Assembly: GCA_964635055.1 (NCBI GenBank)
Contig: CAZWMT010000006.1
Span: 70,896-134,895, forward strand
Source of the DNA: an uncultured Microthrixaceae bacterium
GTDB lineage: Bacteria; Actinomycetota; Acidimicrobiia; Acidimicrobiales; DATDAH01
Direction: 5' to 3'
Length of the DNA: 64,000 bases
Position numbers and translations under genes: made by a program. The notes below the pieces were generated by a model. It worked only from the letters and a program-made list of their open reading frames with translations. It was not told the origin of the DNA and did no database searches. Below, one piece after another: positions 42,942 to 51,931 of the stretch. Within the stretch, counting starts at the first letter, position 1, and each line of letters begins with the position of its first letter.

Positions 42942-43149
42942 CATGGGAAGGCAAACGACACGCCTCGGGGGCCTCTGAAGGCCTATGGGTCGGCCGGACC
43001 ATGGAAATGAACCGAACGGCCCATGCAGCCGCGCCCGCAGCACCCGACGGCGTCACCCGGCGTGGTCGCGGCAGCTGTTCACGCCTGTTTCACGCACCGG
43101 CAACGACGTGCCCGCTCTGGTGTCAGGCGAGCGACGTACCGTCCGGGCC

Positions 43150-43347
43150 ATGAGCGAAGCCGACAACCTGACAGGGCGTGAGCGGGCCGTCGTCGCGGCC
43201 GTCGCCGCGCTGATCGCGGTGCTGGCCATGCTGCGGCCGACCCCGTCGCTGGGCGACCAGGACGACCGCGTCGACGTCGTGCCGATCGACGCCACCGCGC
43301 TCAGCGGCGCCGGCCCGCGCGCCTCGGCGGCCCCGTCTGCGGGCTAG
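43150..43347 (+). CDS. Small membrane protein (65 aa)
   Basis: '[30 protein letters not shown]...'. One TM helix and near-saturated GC3. Its end overlaps the convergent gene by 4 nt. Confidence 0.45.
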   Translation: MSEADNLTGRERAVVAAVAALIAVLAMLRPTPSLGDQDDRVDVVPIDATALSGAGPRASAAPSAG

Positions 43348-43871
43348 CCCGCGCGGTTGCGCCGCTTGCGCCGTAGCGCCCAGCTGAGCGCGAACAGCAC
43401 CGCGGTGAGGGCCACGCCGATGCCCACCTTCTTGGCGGGCCCGGACCTGGCTGCGTCGTCGCGGGGGCTGGGCGCCGTCGTGGCGCCGGAGGCGGGCACG
43501 GGGGCGGCCCCGGTCGTGACCGGCTCGGGCTCGGCGACCGGCTCGGCCTCGGGCTCCGCGACAGCCTCGGGCTCGGCGACAGCCTCGGGCTCGGCGACAG
43601 CCTCGGGCTCGGCGACAGGCTCTGGCTCTGGCTCTGGCTCTGGCTCGGGCTCGGGCTCGGGCACGGCGAGAGCCTCGGCGGCCGGTTCGGATTCGGCAAC
43701 CAGCTCGGGTTCGGGCTCGGCGATCGTCTCGGGCTCGGCGACCGGCTCCGGGTCGTCGGCCGCAGGGTCGGAGTCGTCGGCGGCGACGTCGAGCAGGTCG
43801 TCCACGGGTGCGGGCTCGTCGCTCGCCGGCTTGGGGCGGGCGTGGCCCTTCTGGGGGTCGTAGGTGGCCAT
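43344..43871 (-). CDS. Acidic, Pro/Glu/Ala repeat-rich protein with C-terminal TM anchor (tail-anchored), ParA-associated
   Basis: The start is 7 nt after the ParA stop. 'AEPEAV' x4 and 'EP' x8 repeats. It ends with '[27 protein letters not shown]'. Confidence 0.7.
   Translation of the reverse strand: MATYDPQKGHARPKPASDEPAPVDDLLDVAADDSDPAADDPEPVAEPETIAEPEPELVAESEPAAEALAVPEPEPEPEPEPEPEPVAEPEAVAEPEAVAEPEAVAEPEAEPVAEPEPVTTGAAPVPASGATTAPSPRDDAARSGPAKKVGIGVALTAVLFALSWALRRKRRNRAG
43558..43660. repeat. In-frame coding tandem repeats: 18-mer (GCGACAGCCTCGGGCTCG) x3 then hexamer (GGCTCT/GGCTCG) x7
   Basis: Read directly: 18-mers at 43558, 43576 and 43594, and hexamers over 43617-43658. Confidence 0.9.
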
Positions 43872-43877
43872 CTGCTG

Positions 43878-44654
43878 CTAAGTGTGGTCGGGGACGACCT
43901 GGCCGAGCAACGTGGCGAACTCCGCGGCCGCGGTGTCGGCCCCGGGGCGGTGGCCGAGCGCGTGCAACGGCATCGACTGCGCCGACGCCTCGGCGATGGC
44001 CGCGCGCAGGTGGATCGGGCCGAGCACGAGCGGGCCGTACGACTCCACGAGCTGGTCGTGCCAGTAGCGGGCGTCGCGGGTGCGTCCCAAGCGGTTCACC
44101 ACCACGCCTGCGGTGGTGAGGTCGATGCGCTGGCGCTCGCGCACCCGGTCGATGGTGCGCAGCATCTGGGCCACACCGTCGGAGGCCCAGGCGGCCGGCT
44201 CGCTGACCACCACCACCCGGTCGGCGGCGACCAGCCCGTTGACCGTGAGCAGCCCCAGCGACGGCGGGCAATCGATGATGACGAGGTCGTGGGGGATGCC
44301 CTTGAGGGCGGTGCGCAGCCGGTCCTGGGCACCCACTGCGTCCGTGGCCAGCTGCAGCTCACGCCCGGCCAGGGCCGGCGTGCTGGGCGCGACGTCGGGC
44401 ACCGTGCCCTCGCCACCGGGCCATGCGGCAGGGATCACGACACGCTCGAGGCCACCGGGCTGGTCGACGGCCAACGCGTCGTCCACCGTGGTGGACGCGT
44501 CCCACACGCCGAGACCCGTGGTGGCGTTGGCCTGGGGGTCGAGGTCGACCACCAGCACCCGCCGGCCCTGGAGGGCAGCGGCGGCGGCGAGTCCGAGGGC
44601 GACGGTGGTCTTGCCCACCCCACCCTTCTGGTTGGCCACGGCGAGGACCGGCAT
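43878..44654 (-). CDS. ParA/Soj/MinD-family P-loop ATPase
   Basis: Deviant Walker A 'VANQKGGVGKTT', 'VLVVDLDPQANAT', 'DLVIIDCPPSLG'. 258 aa. Confidence 0.9.
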   Translation of the reverse strand: MPVLAVANQKGGVGKTTVALGLAAAAALQGRRVLVVDLDPQANATTGLGVWDASTTVDDALAVDQPGGLERVVIPAAWPGGEGTVPDVAPSTPALAGRELQLATDAVGAQDRLRTALKGIPHDLVIIDCPPSLGLLTVNGLVAADRVVVVSEPAAWASDGVAQMLRTIDRVRERQRIDLTTAGVVVNRLGRTRDARYWHDQLVESYGPLVLGPIHLRAAIAEASAQSMPLHALGHRPGADTAAAEFATLLGQVVPDHT

Positions 44655-44745
44655 GGCGAAACGCTACCAACCGCACTCCCGCGCCCAGGGGACCCGCAGG
44701 TCGCCGGGGCGCACATCCCGGTGTCAGGTGCGATGATCGTCGGCG

Positions 44746-46773
44746 ATGAAGGGGACGCTGGTCGTGGGGGTGGCCATAGCGCTGCTCGCCGCGGCGTGCG
44801 GCAGTGACAGCGTCGGCGGTGGTGGGGCAGCCGACGACGGCCCCGATGACGCCGCCGTCGGCCAGTGCGACTGGCCGATGTGGGGCCAGTCGCCGGAGCG
44901 TCGCTTCGCGTTGCCGGACGCGTGTGCGACCGACCTGTCCCCCGACTCCGTCGGTGGGCTCGAAGAGGCGTGGTTCTTCAACACCGAGGACGTGGTCACG
45001 GCCACGCCGGCCGTCGTGGGGGACACGGTCTACGTCGGTGACTGGACCGGGCGGTTCTACGCCCTGGACCGTGACGACGGCGACCCCCGATGGACCTTCG
45101 ACGCCCCGCGTCACGAGCGCGTCTACGCCGGTCAGATCGTCTCCAGCGCGGCGGTGGCCGACGTCGCCGGCGCCCGCACGGTGTACTTCGGGGCCGGCAA
45201 GACGCTCTTCGCGCTCGACGGCGCGTCGGGCGAGGAGATCTGGCGCCACGAGCTGAACCCCGACGGCGAGGACGACGACCCCACCGAGATCGAGACCTCA
45301 CCGGTCGTGGTCGACGGTGACGACGGCCCGATGGTGCTCGTGGGATACGACGGTCACAACACGCCGGGCGTGCGCGCCGGCGTGGTCGCCCTCGACGCCG
45401 CCACCGGCGCCGCGCTCTGGACCTTCGACCCCGATCGGGGTCGTGCCCCCACCGGTTGCGTGGACGTGTGGTCCTCACCGGCGGTCGACGTGGGTCGCGG
45501 CCTCGTGTACTTCGGCACCGGGAACTGCAACACCTCCCCGGACGACTGGACGCGGTTCACCGAAGCCCTGATCGCGGTCCATCTCGACAGCGGACGGCCG
45601 GCGTGGACCTACCAGCCCCACGAACCGAACAACGACGACCTCGACTTCGGCGCGACGCCGAACCTCTTCTCGGCCGGTGGCCAGGACCTGGTCGGCATCG
45701 GCAACAAGGACGGCGACTACTACGCGGTCGACCGCGACAGCGGCGAGCTCGTGTGGCGGGCCGATGCCACCGAGCCGGGGCTGAACGAGCCGGGGAGCAA
45801 CTTCTCGACGGGGGGCTTCATCGGCCCGGCGGCGGTGCTCGGCGTGCTGGACCGCCCGTCCCGGCGGGGCGACGTGCTCGAGGGTGGCGAGCAGGTCATC
45901 GTGGGCGGCACCGCAGTCGGCCCGTGCCCGTGCCTCCACGGCATCGACGCCGCCACCGGGGACGTGGCCTGGCAACAGGACCTGGCGTCCCCGACCTACG
46001 CGGCGACCGCCGGTGTGCACGGCGTGGCGTTCTCCGGCGGCACCGACTTCACCTTCCGGGCGATCGATGCGGCTCGGGGTGACGTGCTGTGGGAGCACGA
46101 GATGAGTGGACCGGTGGCGGGGGGCGCCGCCATCTCGGGCAACGACGTGTTCGCGGTGGCCGGCCTCCGCGAGCCCGGGCAGGACATCCGGGCCGAGAAC
46201 AGCGGTGTCTACCGCTTCACCCTGCCGGGTGACGACGCCCCGACGACCACCACCGAGGCGGCCGCGCCCACGACGACGGCGGTGCCCATCGACGCGTTCA
46301 TCGACGAGGGCCAGGACTGCGTGGGCGAGCCGTGCGACTTCTCGTTCTCGCTGAAGGACCCTCCGGCGGGCATCGACCCTCGGATGTCGCTGCGGATCAC
46401 GGCCGACCCGGCCTCGGTGACCGTGCAGGCGAGTGGGCTCGGTCCGCCACGAGAGTGGCTGCGACCCGGCAGCCCGGCGGACAACGCCGGCGCGTCCAGC
46501 TACGCGGTGTTCCTGTCGAAAGGCGTCGACAACCCCAACGGGGCCCTCGTGTGCGTGCTCACGCCCGTGGACGACACCGCGGGCGGCGACGGCGACACCG
46601 AGCCGGGCGCGATGTCGTGCGAGAGCGACGCCATCGCCGATCTGGGCAGTGACTTCGACCGCGTCAGCGTGCTGGCCGTCGACGACACCACCGCGCTCCC
46701 GCCCATCGCCGAGGGCTACGACCGCCTGGTCGACACCATCTCGTTCGACCCACCGTTGCGGCCGGCGCCGTGA
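44746..46773 (+). CDS. PQQ-like beta-propeller repeat lipoprotein with extra C-terminal domain
   Basis: Lipobox 'IALLAAAC'. Repeats of the type 'TATPAVVGDTVYVGDWTGRFYALDRDDGDPRW', 'LFALDGASGEEIW' and 'FRAIDAARGDVLW'. Confidence 0.8.
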   Translation: MKGTLVVGVAIALLAAACGSDSVGGGGAADDGPDDAAVGQCDWPMWGQSPERRFALPDACATDLSPDSVGGLEEAWFFNTEDVVTATPAVVGDTVYVGDWTGRFYALDRDDGDPRWTFDAPRHERVYAGQIVSSAAVADVAGARTVYFGAGKTLFALDGASGEEIWRHELNPDGEDDDPTEIETSPVVVDGDDGPMVLVGYDGHNTPGVRAGVVALDAATGAALWTFDPDRGRAPTGCVDVWSSPAVDVGRGLVYFGTGNCNTSPDDWTRFTEALIAVHLDSGRPAWTYQPHEPNNDDLDFGATPNLFSAGGQDLVGIGNKDGDYYAVDRDSGELVWRADATEPGLNEPGSNFSTGGFIGPAAVLGVLDRPSRRGDVLEGGEQVIVGGTAVGPCPCLHGIDAATGDVAWQQDLASPTYAATAGVHGVAFSGGTDFTFRAIDAARGDVLWEHEMSGPVAGGAAISGNDVFAVAGLREPGQDIRAENSGVYRFTLPGDDAPTTTTEAAAPTTTAVPIDAFIDEGQDCVGEPCDFSFSLKDPPAGIDPRMSLRITADPASVTVQASGLGPPREWLRPGSPADNAGASSYAVFLSKGVDNPNGALVCVLTPVDDTAGGDGDTEPGAMSCESDAIADLGSDFDRVSVLAVDDTTALPPIAEGYDRLVDTISFDPPLRPAP

Positions 46774-48101
46774 GCGACTCCATGAGCCACACCACGAGCC
46801 ACGCCACGAGGGTCCTGTCGCGCGGTCCCGCCCGCGGCCGTCGCCACACGCCACCGGTGGCCGTGGTGGCGCTGCTGCTGGCGGCGGCGGTCGCAGCGGC
46901 CTCGTGCTCGGGGGGCGACGACGGCGTCGCATCGACCACGACCCAGCCGACCACGGCGCCGGCCTCCACGCCGGCACCGACCACCACCGAGCCGGCACCC
47001 GCGGTGCCGCTGGTGTTCAGCCCGGAGGGCAACAACCTGTGGGTCTACGCCGACACACCGGGCTACCCGTCCCAGGAGGTCGACACCAACGCCACCGACG
47101 ACCCCGCCCGCGGGCGCGACATCAACGCCCAGGTGTGCTTCGTGCCCGATGGTTCCGGGCGCTTCATCGCGGGTGAGGACACGAACCAGCCTCACCCCCG
47201 CGCCGGGTTCGGGGTGTTCCGGCTCGAGGGCGACCGGGTGGGCGAATTCTCCGTCGAGCAGGTGGGCAAGCTCACGCCGACCTACCAGAGCCACCCGGAC
47301 AACTTCGGGTGCGGCTTCCTGTCCGACGGCTCGCTGGTGACGACCGACATCGGCAACACCGTGACCGGCCCGGGGGACGGCCAGCTGATCGTGTGGTTCC
47401 CGCCGTTCTCGGGTGGCGCGCTCGACGCGACGGCACCCAACGCCGGCTTCGACCGGGTGGCGTACTGCAAGGTCGACACCGGCATCGCCACCCCGGGCGG
47501 CATCTACGTGGACGCCGACGACAACGTCTACGTGGGCTCGGCCCGCCCGCCGACCGCCGGGGTGCTCCGCTACTCGGGCGATTGGCCGACCGGTGCGGAT
47601 GCCGCCGGTGGCTGTGGCCGCACCGACGCCACCGGCAAGCCGCTCGTCGACCGCGGCGCGATCGACCGCGAGGTGTTCATCCCGGCCGGCCCGCACCGCC
47701 TGGCGTCGCCGCACTCGGTGGCGCCGGCGCCCGACGGCGGGCTCTACGTCTCGAGCGTGATCAACGGGGTGATCGACGAGTTCGATGCCGACGGCGGCTT
47801 CGTGCGGACGATCCTCGCGCCGCCCGCCGGCGAGGAACTGGGCGCCGAGCCCTTCTCGACGGGGACGCCGCTCGGCCTGGCCACCGGCCCCGACGGCAGC
47901 CTCTTCTACGCCGACATCGGCATCGTGGCCGACCCGGTCGACGGCTTCGGGCCCGGCGAGCGCACCGGCTCGCTGCGGGTGATCCGCTTCGTGGACGGTG
48001 AGCCGCAGCCGCCCGACACCATCGCCGACCACCTCCGGTTCCCCGACGGTCTGGGTGTGGTCGCGCCGGGAGGCGGCACCGACGTGTCGTCGGTCCTCTG
48101 A
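46770..48101 (+). CDS. Beta-propeller (NHL/SMP-30-like) lipoprotein, paralog 1
   Basis: GTG start overlapping the upstream stop (GTGA). Lipobox 'AAVAAASC'. 'GIYVDADDNVYVGS', 'DGGLYVSSVINGVIDEFD', 'GPDGSLFYADIG'. Confidence 0.75.
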   Translation: MSDSMSHTTSHATRVLSRGPARGRRHTPPVAVVALLLAAAVAAASCSGGDDGVASTTTQPTTAPASTPAPTTTEPAPAVPLVFSPEGNNLWVYADTPGYPSQEVDTNATDDPARGRDINAQVCFVPDGSGRFIAGEDTNQPHPRAGFGVFRLEGDRVGEFSVEQVGKLTPTYQSHPDNFGCGFLSDGSLVTTDIGNTVTGPGDGQLIVWFPPFSGGALDATAPNAGFDRVAYCKVDTGIATPGGIYVDADDNVYVGSARPPTAGVLRYSGDWPTGADAAGGCGRTDATGKPLVDRGAIDREVFIPAGPHRLASPHSVAPAPDGGLYVSSVINGVIDEFDADGGFVRTILAPPAGEELGAEPFSTGTPLGLATGPDGSLFYADIGIVADPVDGFGPGERTGSLRVIRFVDGEPQPPDTIADHLRFPDGLGVVAPGGGTDVSSVL

Positions 48102-48150
48102 TCCCTCCAGCGAACCTACGCTGGCTGTCGACCACCCCACGGGAGCCACG

Positions 48151-49374
48151 ATGAGCCGATTCACGAAGCTGGCGCTGGTCGCCGTCGTCACGGTGCTGCT
48201 GGTCGCCGCCTGCAGCAGCAGTGACGCCGACGCCGGTGGCGAGGGCGGGGCGAGCGAGGGCGATGCGGCCGCGACCACCTCGTCGCTGCCGCCGCCGGCC
48301 CCGATCGTGTTCAGCGGGCAGGGCAACGACCTGCTGGCCTACGCCACCGACGGCAGCGGCGACTCCCAGGTCCTGTTCACCAACAAGGAGGACGACCCCG
48401 AGACGGGCCGCGACATCAACGCCCAGATCTGCTTCTTCCCCGACGACCCGAGCCAGTTCATCGCCGGAGAGGACACCAACCAGCCGGACCCCCTGCAGGG
48501 CTGGGGCATCTTCGAGGTCGACGGCGAGACGGTCGGCGACCTGGCCGCGACCCAGGTCGGCAAGCTCACCCCGACCTACCAGGGGTCGGGCGACAACGCC
48601 GAGAACTACGGGTGCGGCTTCCTGTCCGACGGCCGCGTCCTCACCACCGACGTGGGCAACCAGGCCAACGGGGACGGTGACGGGCAGCTCATCGTGTGGT
48701 TCCCGCCCTTCACCGGGGGCGAGTACGTCGACGGGGCCGACAACGCCGGCTTCGACGACGTCGCCTTCTGCAAGGTCGACATCGGCATCGCCACCGCGGG
48801 CGGCATCTACGTCGACGGTGACGACAACGTGTACCTGGGCTCGGCCCGGCCGCCCACGAGTGGCGTGCTGCGCTACTCGGGTGACTGGCCGACCGGGCCC
48901 GACGCCGCCGGCGGGTGCGGCCGTACCGACGGCACGGGGGCGCCGCTCGTCGACGACGGCGCGGTGACGCGCGAGGTCTTCATCCCCGCCGGGCCCCACG
49001 GGCTGTCCACCCCGCACTCGGTGGCGCCGGCACCCGACGGCGGGTTCTACGTGTCCAGTGTGATCACCGGGGTCATCAACGAGTACGACGCCGAGGGGGC
49101 GTTCGTCAGGACCGTCCTCGAGCCACCGGCCGGCGAGGAGCTGGGCCCCGAGCCGTTCTCGACCGGCACGCCCCTCGGCATCGGCGTCGCCCCCGACGGC
49201 ACCCTCTACTACGCCGACATCGGCGTGGTGGCCGACCCCGTCAACGGGTTCGGCCCCGGTGAGGACACCGGCTCGGTCCGGTCCATCACCTTCGTCGACG
49301 GCGAGCCCCAGCCCCCCGAGACCCTGGACGACGGCCTGGCCTTCCCCGACGGCATCGGCGTCTTCGCACCATGA
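48151..49374 (+). CDS. Beta-propeller (NHL/SMP-30-like) lipoprotein, paralog 2
   Basis: GGGAG SD followed by ATG 48151. Lipobox 'LLVAAC'. Collinear with 46770..48101 over nearly its full length, with many identical blocks (e.g. 'GRDINAQ.CF', 'DGQLIVWFPPF', 'GSARPPT.GVLRYSGDWPTG'). Confidence 0.8.
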   Translation: MSRFTKLALVAVVTVLLVAACSSSDADAGGEGGASEGDAAATTSSLPPPAPIVFSGQGNDLLAYATDGSGDSQVLFTNKEDDPETGRDINAQICFFPDDPSQFIAGEDTNQPDPLQGWGIFEVDGETVGDLAATQVGKLTPTYQGSGDNAENYGCGFLSDGRVLTTDVGNQANGDGDGQLIVWFPPFTGGEYVDGADNAGFDDVAFCKVDIGIATAGGIYVDGDDNVYLGSARPPTSGVLRYSGDWPTGPDAAGGCGRTDGTGAPLVDDGAVTREVFIPAGPHGLSTPHSVAPAPDGGFYVSSVITGVINEYDAEGAFVRTVLEPPAGEELGPEPFSTGTPLGIGVAPDGTLYYADIGVVADPVNGFGPGEDTGSVRSITFVDGEPQPPETLDDGLAFPDGIGVFAP

Positions 49375-50498
49375 GAGTGGTCGTCGTCGGTGGGGGCGCG
49401 ATGGGCAGCGCCGCCGCGTGGTGGCTGGCCCGGCGGGGCGCCGAGGTGACCCTGCTCGAGCAGTTCGAGCGTGGTCACGACCGGGGCTCGTCACACGGCA
49501 CCGTGCGCATCTTCCGCCTGGCCTACGCCGACGACCTGTACGTGCGGATGGCGAAGGCCGCCGAGCCGCTGTGGACCGAGCTCGAGGAGGAGGCCGACGA
49601 GGATCTGCTCGAGCGCACCGGTGCGTTGGACCACGGGGACGCCGGCCGCATCGCCGCGGTCGCGGAGGCCCTCGGGCGCAACGACGTGCGCCACGACCTG
49701 CTCGACCCCGACCAGGTCGTCGAGCGGTGGCCCGGCCTGCGGGTGGAAGGGCCCTCGGTGTTCCAGCCCGACGGCGGCGTGGTGTTCGCCGACCGCACCG
49801 TCCGTGCCGCCCAGCACGCCGCGACCGCACGGGGGGCCGAGGTGGCGTTCACCGAGCCCGCGCGGGCGATCCACCTGCGCGACGGCGGCGTCGTGGTCGA
49901 GACCGACCGACGCGAGCTGCGGGCCGACGTGGTGGTCGTGGCGGCGGGCTCGTGGGCCGCTCCGGTGGTGGGCGACCTGGCACCACTGCCGCCGCTGCGC
50001 GTCACGGTGGAGCAGCCGGGCTGGTTCGCGCCCCGCGACCCGGCGCTGCACTTCCCCTCGTTCATCCACTACCGGGACGGCGCCGGCTCGTCGCCCACCG
50101 CCTTCGGCGCCTACGGCATGGGCGACCCTGGGGTGGGCGGCCGGCGCACCACGTTCCCCGGCACCGCGGTGAAGGTGGGCGAGGAGAGCGTGCGCACCGT
50201 GGTCGACCCTGCCGACGGGCCCTTCGAGGTGAGCCACGACGCCCTGCGCCGGCTGGCCGACTACGTGGAGATCTGGCTGCCCGGTCTCGACCCCGTGCCG
50301 CTGCGGGCCGAGACCTGCCTCTTCACGTCCACCCCGAACGACGACTTCGTGCTCGACCGGCGGGGGCCTGTCGTGGTGGCGTCGCCGTGCTCGGGCCACG
50401 GCTTCAAGTTCACGCCCCTGATCGGCCGCATGGTGGCCGACCTGGCCCTCGACCCCGACGCCGGCTCGCCCGACCCCCGCTTCGCCCTTCCCCGCTGA
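49371..50498 (+). CDS. FAD-dependent N-methyl amino acid oxidase (monomeric sarcosine oxidase / MTOX family)
   Basis: ATGA overlap with the upstream stop. 'VVVVGGGAMGSAAAWWLARRG' dinucleotide fold. 'SPCSGHGFKF' is the covalent-FAD Cys block. Confidence 0.85.
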   Translation: MRVVVVGGGAMGSAAAWWLARRGAEVTLLEQFERGHDRGSSHGTVRIFRLAYADDLYVRMAKAAEPLWTELEEEADEDLLERTGALDHGDAGRIAAVAEALGRNDVRHDLLDPDQVVERWPGLRVEGPSVFQPDGGVVFADRTVRAAQHAATARGAEVAFTEPARAIHLRDGGVVVETDRRELRADVVVVAAGSWAAPVVGDLAPLPPLRVTVEQPGWFAPRDPALHFPSFIHYRDGAGSSPTAFGAYGMGDPGVGGRRTTFPGTAVKVGEESVRTVVDPADGPFEVSHDALRRLADYVEIWLPGLDPVPLRAETCLFTSTPNDDFVLDRRGPVVVASPCSGHGFKFTPLIGRMVADLALDPDAGSPDPRFALPR

Positions 50499-50544
50499 GG
50501 GGCCGAACGACGAAGGAGGGCAACGGGACCTGGCGGACAGGGCT

Positions 50545-50600
50545 GGAACTGGCTCCCGATTCGACGGTCCTGGCGGTCGATTCGGGAGCCAGAACGGATC
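50545..50600. repeat. Family-A palindromic element (A5)
   Basis: GGAACTGGCTCCCGATTCGAC-ggtcctggcg-GTCGATTCGGGAGCCAGAACGGATC. There is one stem mismatch. It lies between convergent stops at 50498 (+) and 50626 (-). Confidence 0.9.
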
Positions 50601-50625
50601 GTCCGGCGGCCAATCCGCGCGGCCC

Positions 50626-51855
50626 CTACGCCAGCAGGTTGCGGGCGATCTGGGAGACCTGGATCTCGTCGGTGCCGGCGTAGATCTGGAGGACCTTGGC
50701 GTCGCGGGCGAGCTGCTCGACGTGGTACTCGGCCATGTAGCCGTTGCCGCCGAAGACCTGGACGGCTTCGAGGGCGACCTCCATGGCGGCCTGGGCGGAG
50801 TAGAGCTTGCAGGCGCTGGCCTCGGTGAGGTCCATGCCCGAGCCGGCGGCCGCCATCTCGATCTGGCGGAAGACCAGGTTCTGGATGTTGAGGCGGGCGA
50901 CCTCCATCTTCGCCAGCTTCAGCTGGATGAGCTGGAACTCGCCGATGGGCTTGCCGAACTGCACCCGCTCCTTGGCGTAGTCGGTGCAGAGCTCGAGGCA
51001 GCGCTCGACGATGCCGAGCGCCATCGCCGCGACACCGGTGCGCTCCATGTTGAAGGTGGCCTTGGCGCCGTCCCGGCCGCCGGCGGGCAGGTCCTCGGTC
51101 TCGCCCAGCAGTCGGTCGATGCCCACGCGGACGTCGTTGAGGAAGAGCTGGCCCGTGGGGGAGGAGTGCATGCCCATCTTGCGGAGGGGCTTCGACTGCT
51201 CGAGGCCCGGCATGCCCGCATCGAGCACGAAGCTGAGGATCTTGCGCTCGTCGCTCGGGTTCCCTTCGTCGAGCTTGCAGATGAACACGATGGTGTCGGC
51301 GTAGGGGCCGTTCGTGATGAAGGTCTTCGAGCCGTTCAGCACGTACTCGTCGCCGTCACGGCGGGCGGTGGACTTCATGGAGCCGAAGGCGTCGGAGCCC
51401 GAGTCGGGCTCGGTGATGGCCCACGACCCGATCTTGTCGAACGTGAGGAGGTCGAGCGCCCAGCGCTCCTTCTGGGCGGTGGTGCCCTTGGACATGATCG
51501 CGGAGGCGGTGAGGCCCACGCTGACGCCCATGGCCGTCACCATGCCGGGGCAGTAGCGGCACAGCTCGATGATGGGGATGAGGGTGAGCGAGCCGTCGCC
51601 GCCCCCTCCCTCCCTCTTCTCGCCCGCCTCCACGGGTGTCTCGCCGTCGGCGGCCGCCTTCTCGCGGTCCATCTGGCGCTTGAAGCGGTCACGGGCCATG
51701 GCGTCCATGCCGAAGGTGGACCACAGCTTGCGCAGCACGTCGTAGGGCGGGGTGTCGCCGTGCTCGAGCTCCTCGAGGTTGGGGACGATCTCGGCCTCCA
51801 CGAACCGCCGCATGGCGTCGCGCAACATCAGGTGCTCTTCGGTCCACTCGTACAT
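50626..51855 (-). CDS. Acyl-CoA dehydrogenase
   Basis: ATG 51855 ('MYEWTEEHLMLRDAMRRF'). 'GSWAITEPDSGSDA', 'KTFITNG', 'QVFGGNGY', 'IYAGTDEIQ'. Confidence 0.9.
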   Translation of the reverse strand: MYEWTEEHLMLRDAMRRFVEAEIVPNLEELEHGDTPPYDVLRKLWSTFGMDAMARDRFKRQMDREKAAADGETPVEAGEKREGGGGDGSLTLIPIIELCRYCPGMVTAMGVSVGLTASAIMSKGTTAQKERWALDLLTFDKIGSWAITEPDSGSDAFGSMKSTARRDGDEYVLNGSKTFITNGPYADTIVFICKLDEGNPSDERKILSFVLDAGMPGLEQSKPLRKMGMHSSPTGQLFLNDVRVGIDRLLGETEDLPAGGRDGAKATFNMERTGVAAMALGIVERCLELCTDYAKERVQFGKPIGEFQLIQLKLAKMEVARLNIQNLVFRQIEMAAAGSGMDLTEASACKLYSAQAAMEVALEAVQVFGGNGYMAEYHVEQLARDAKVLQIYAGTDEIQVSQIARNLLA

Positions 51856-51931
51856 GTCGCCAGTATCGGCGTTCGTGCCCGGGCGGGCCAGACCGCGCCG
51901 ACGAGAGATCGGCGGTCGACGGTCCCGCGGG

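Noticed and set aside
41163-44654. Possible type VII (ESX-like) secretion locus, suggested by the mycosin-like S8 protease, small ORFs and an ATPase.
   Set aside because: The ATPase is ParA/MinD-type, not EccC/FtsK-type. There are no EccB/D/E-like membrane proteins, and neither small ORF shows a WXG motif.
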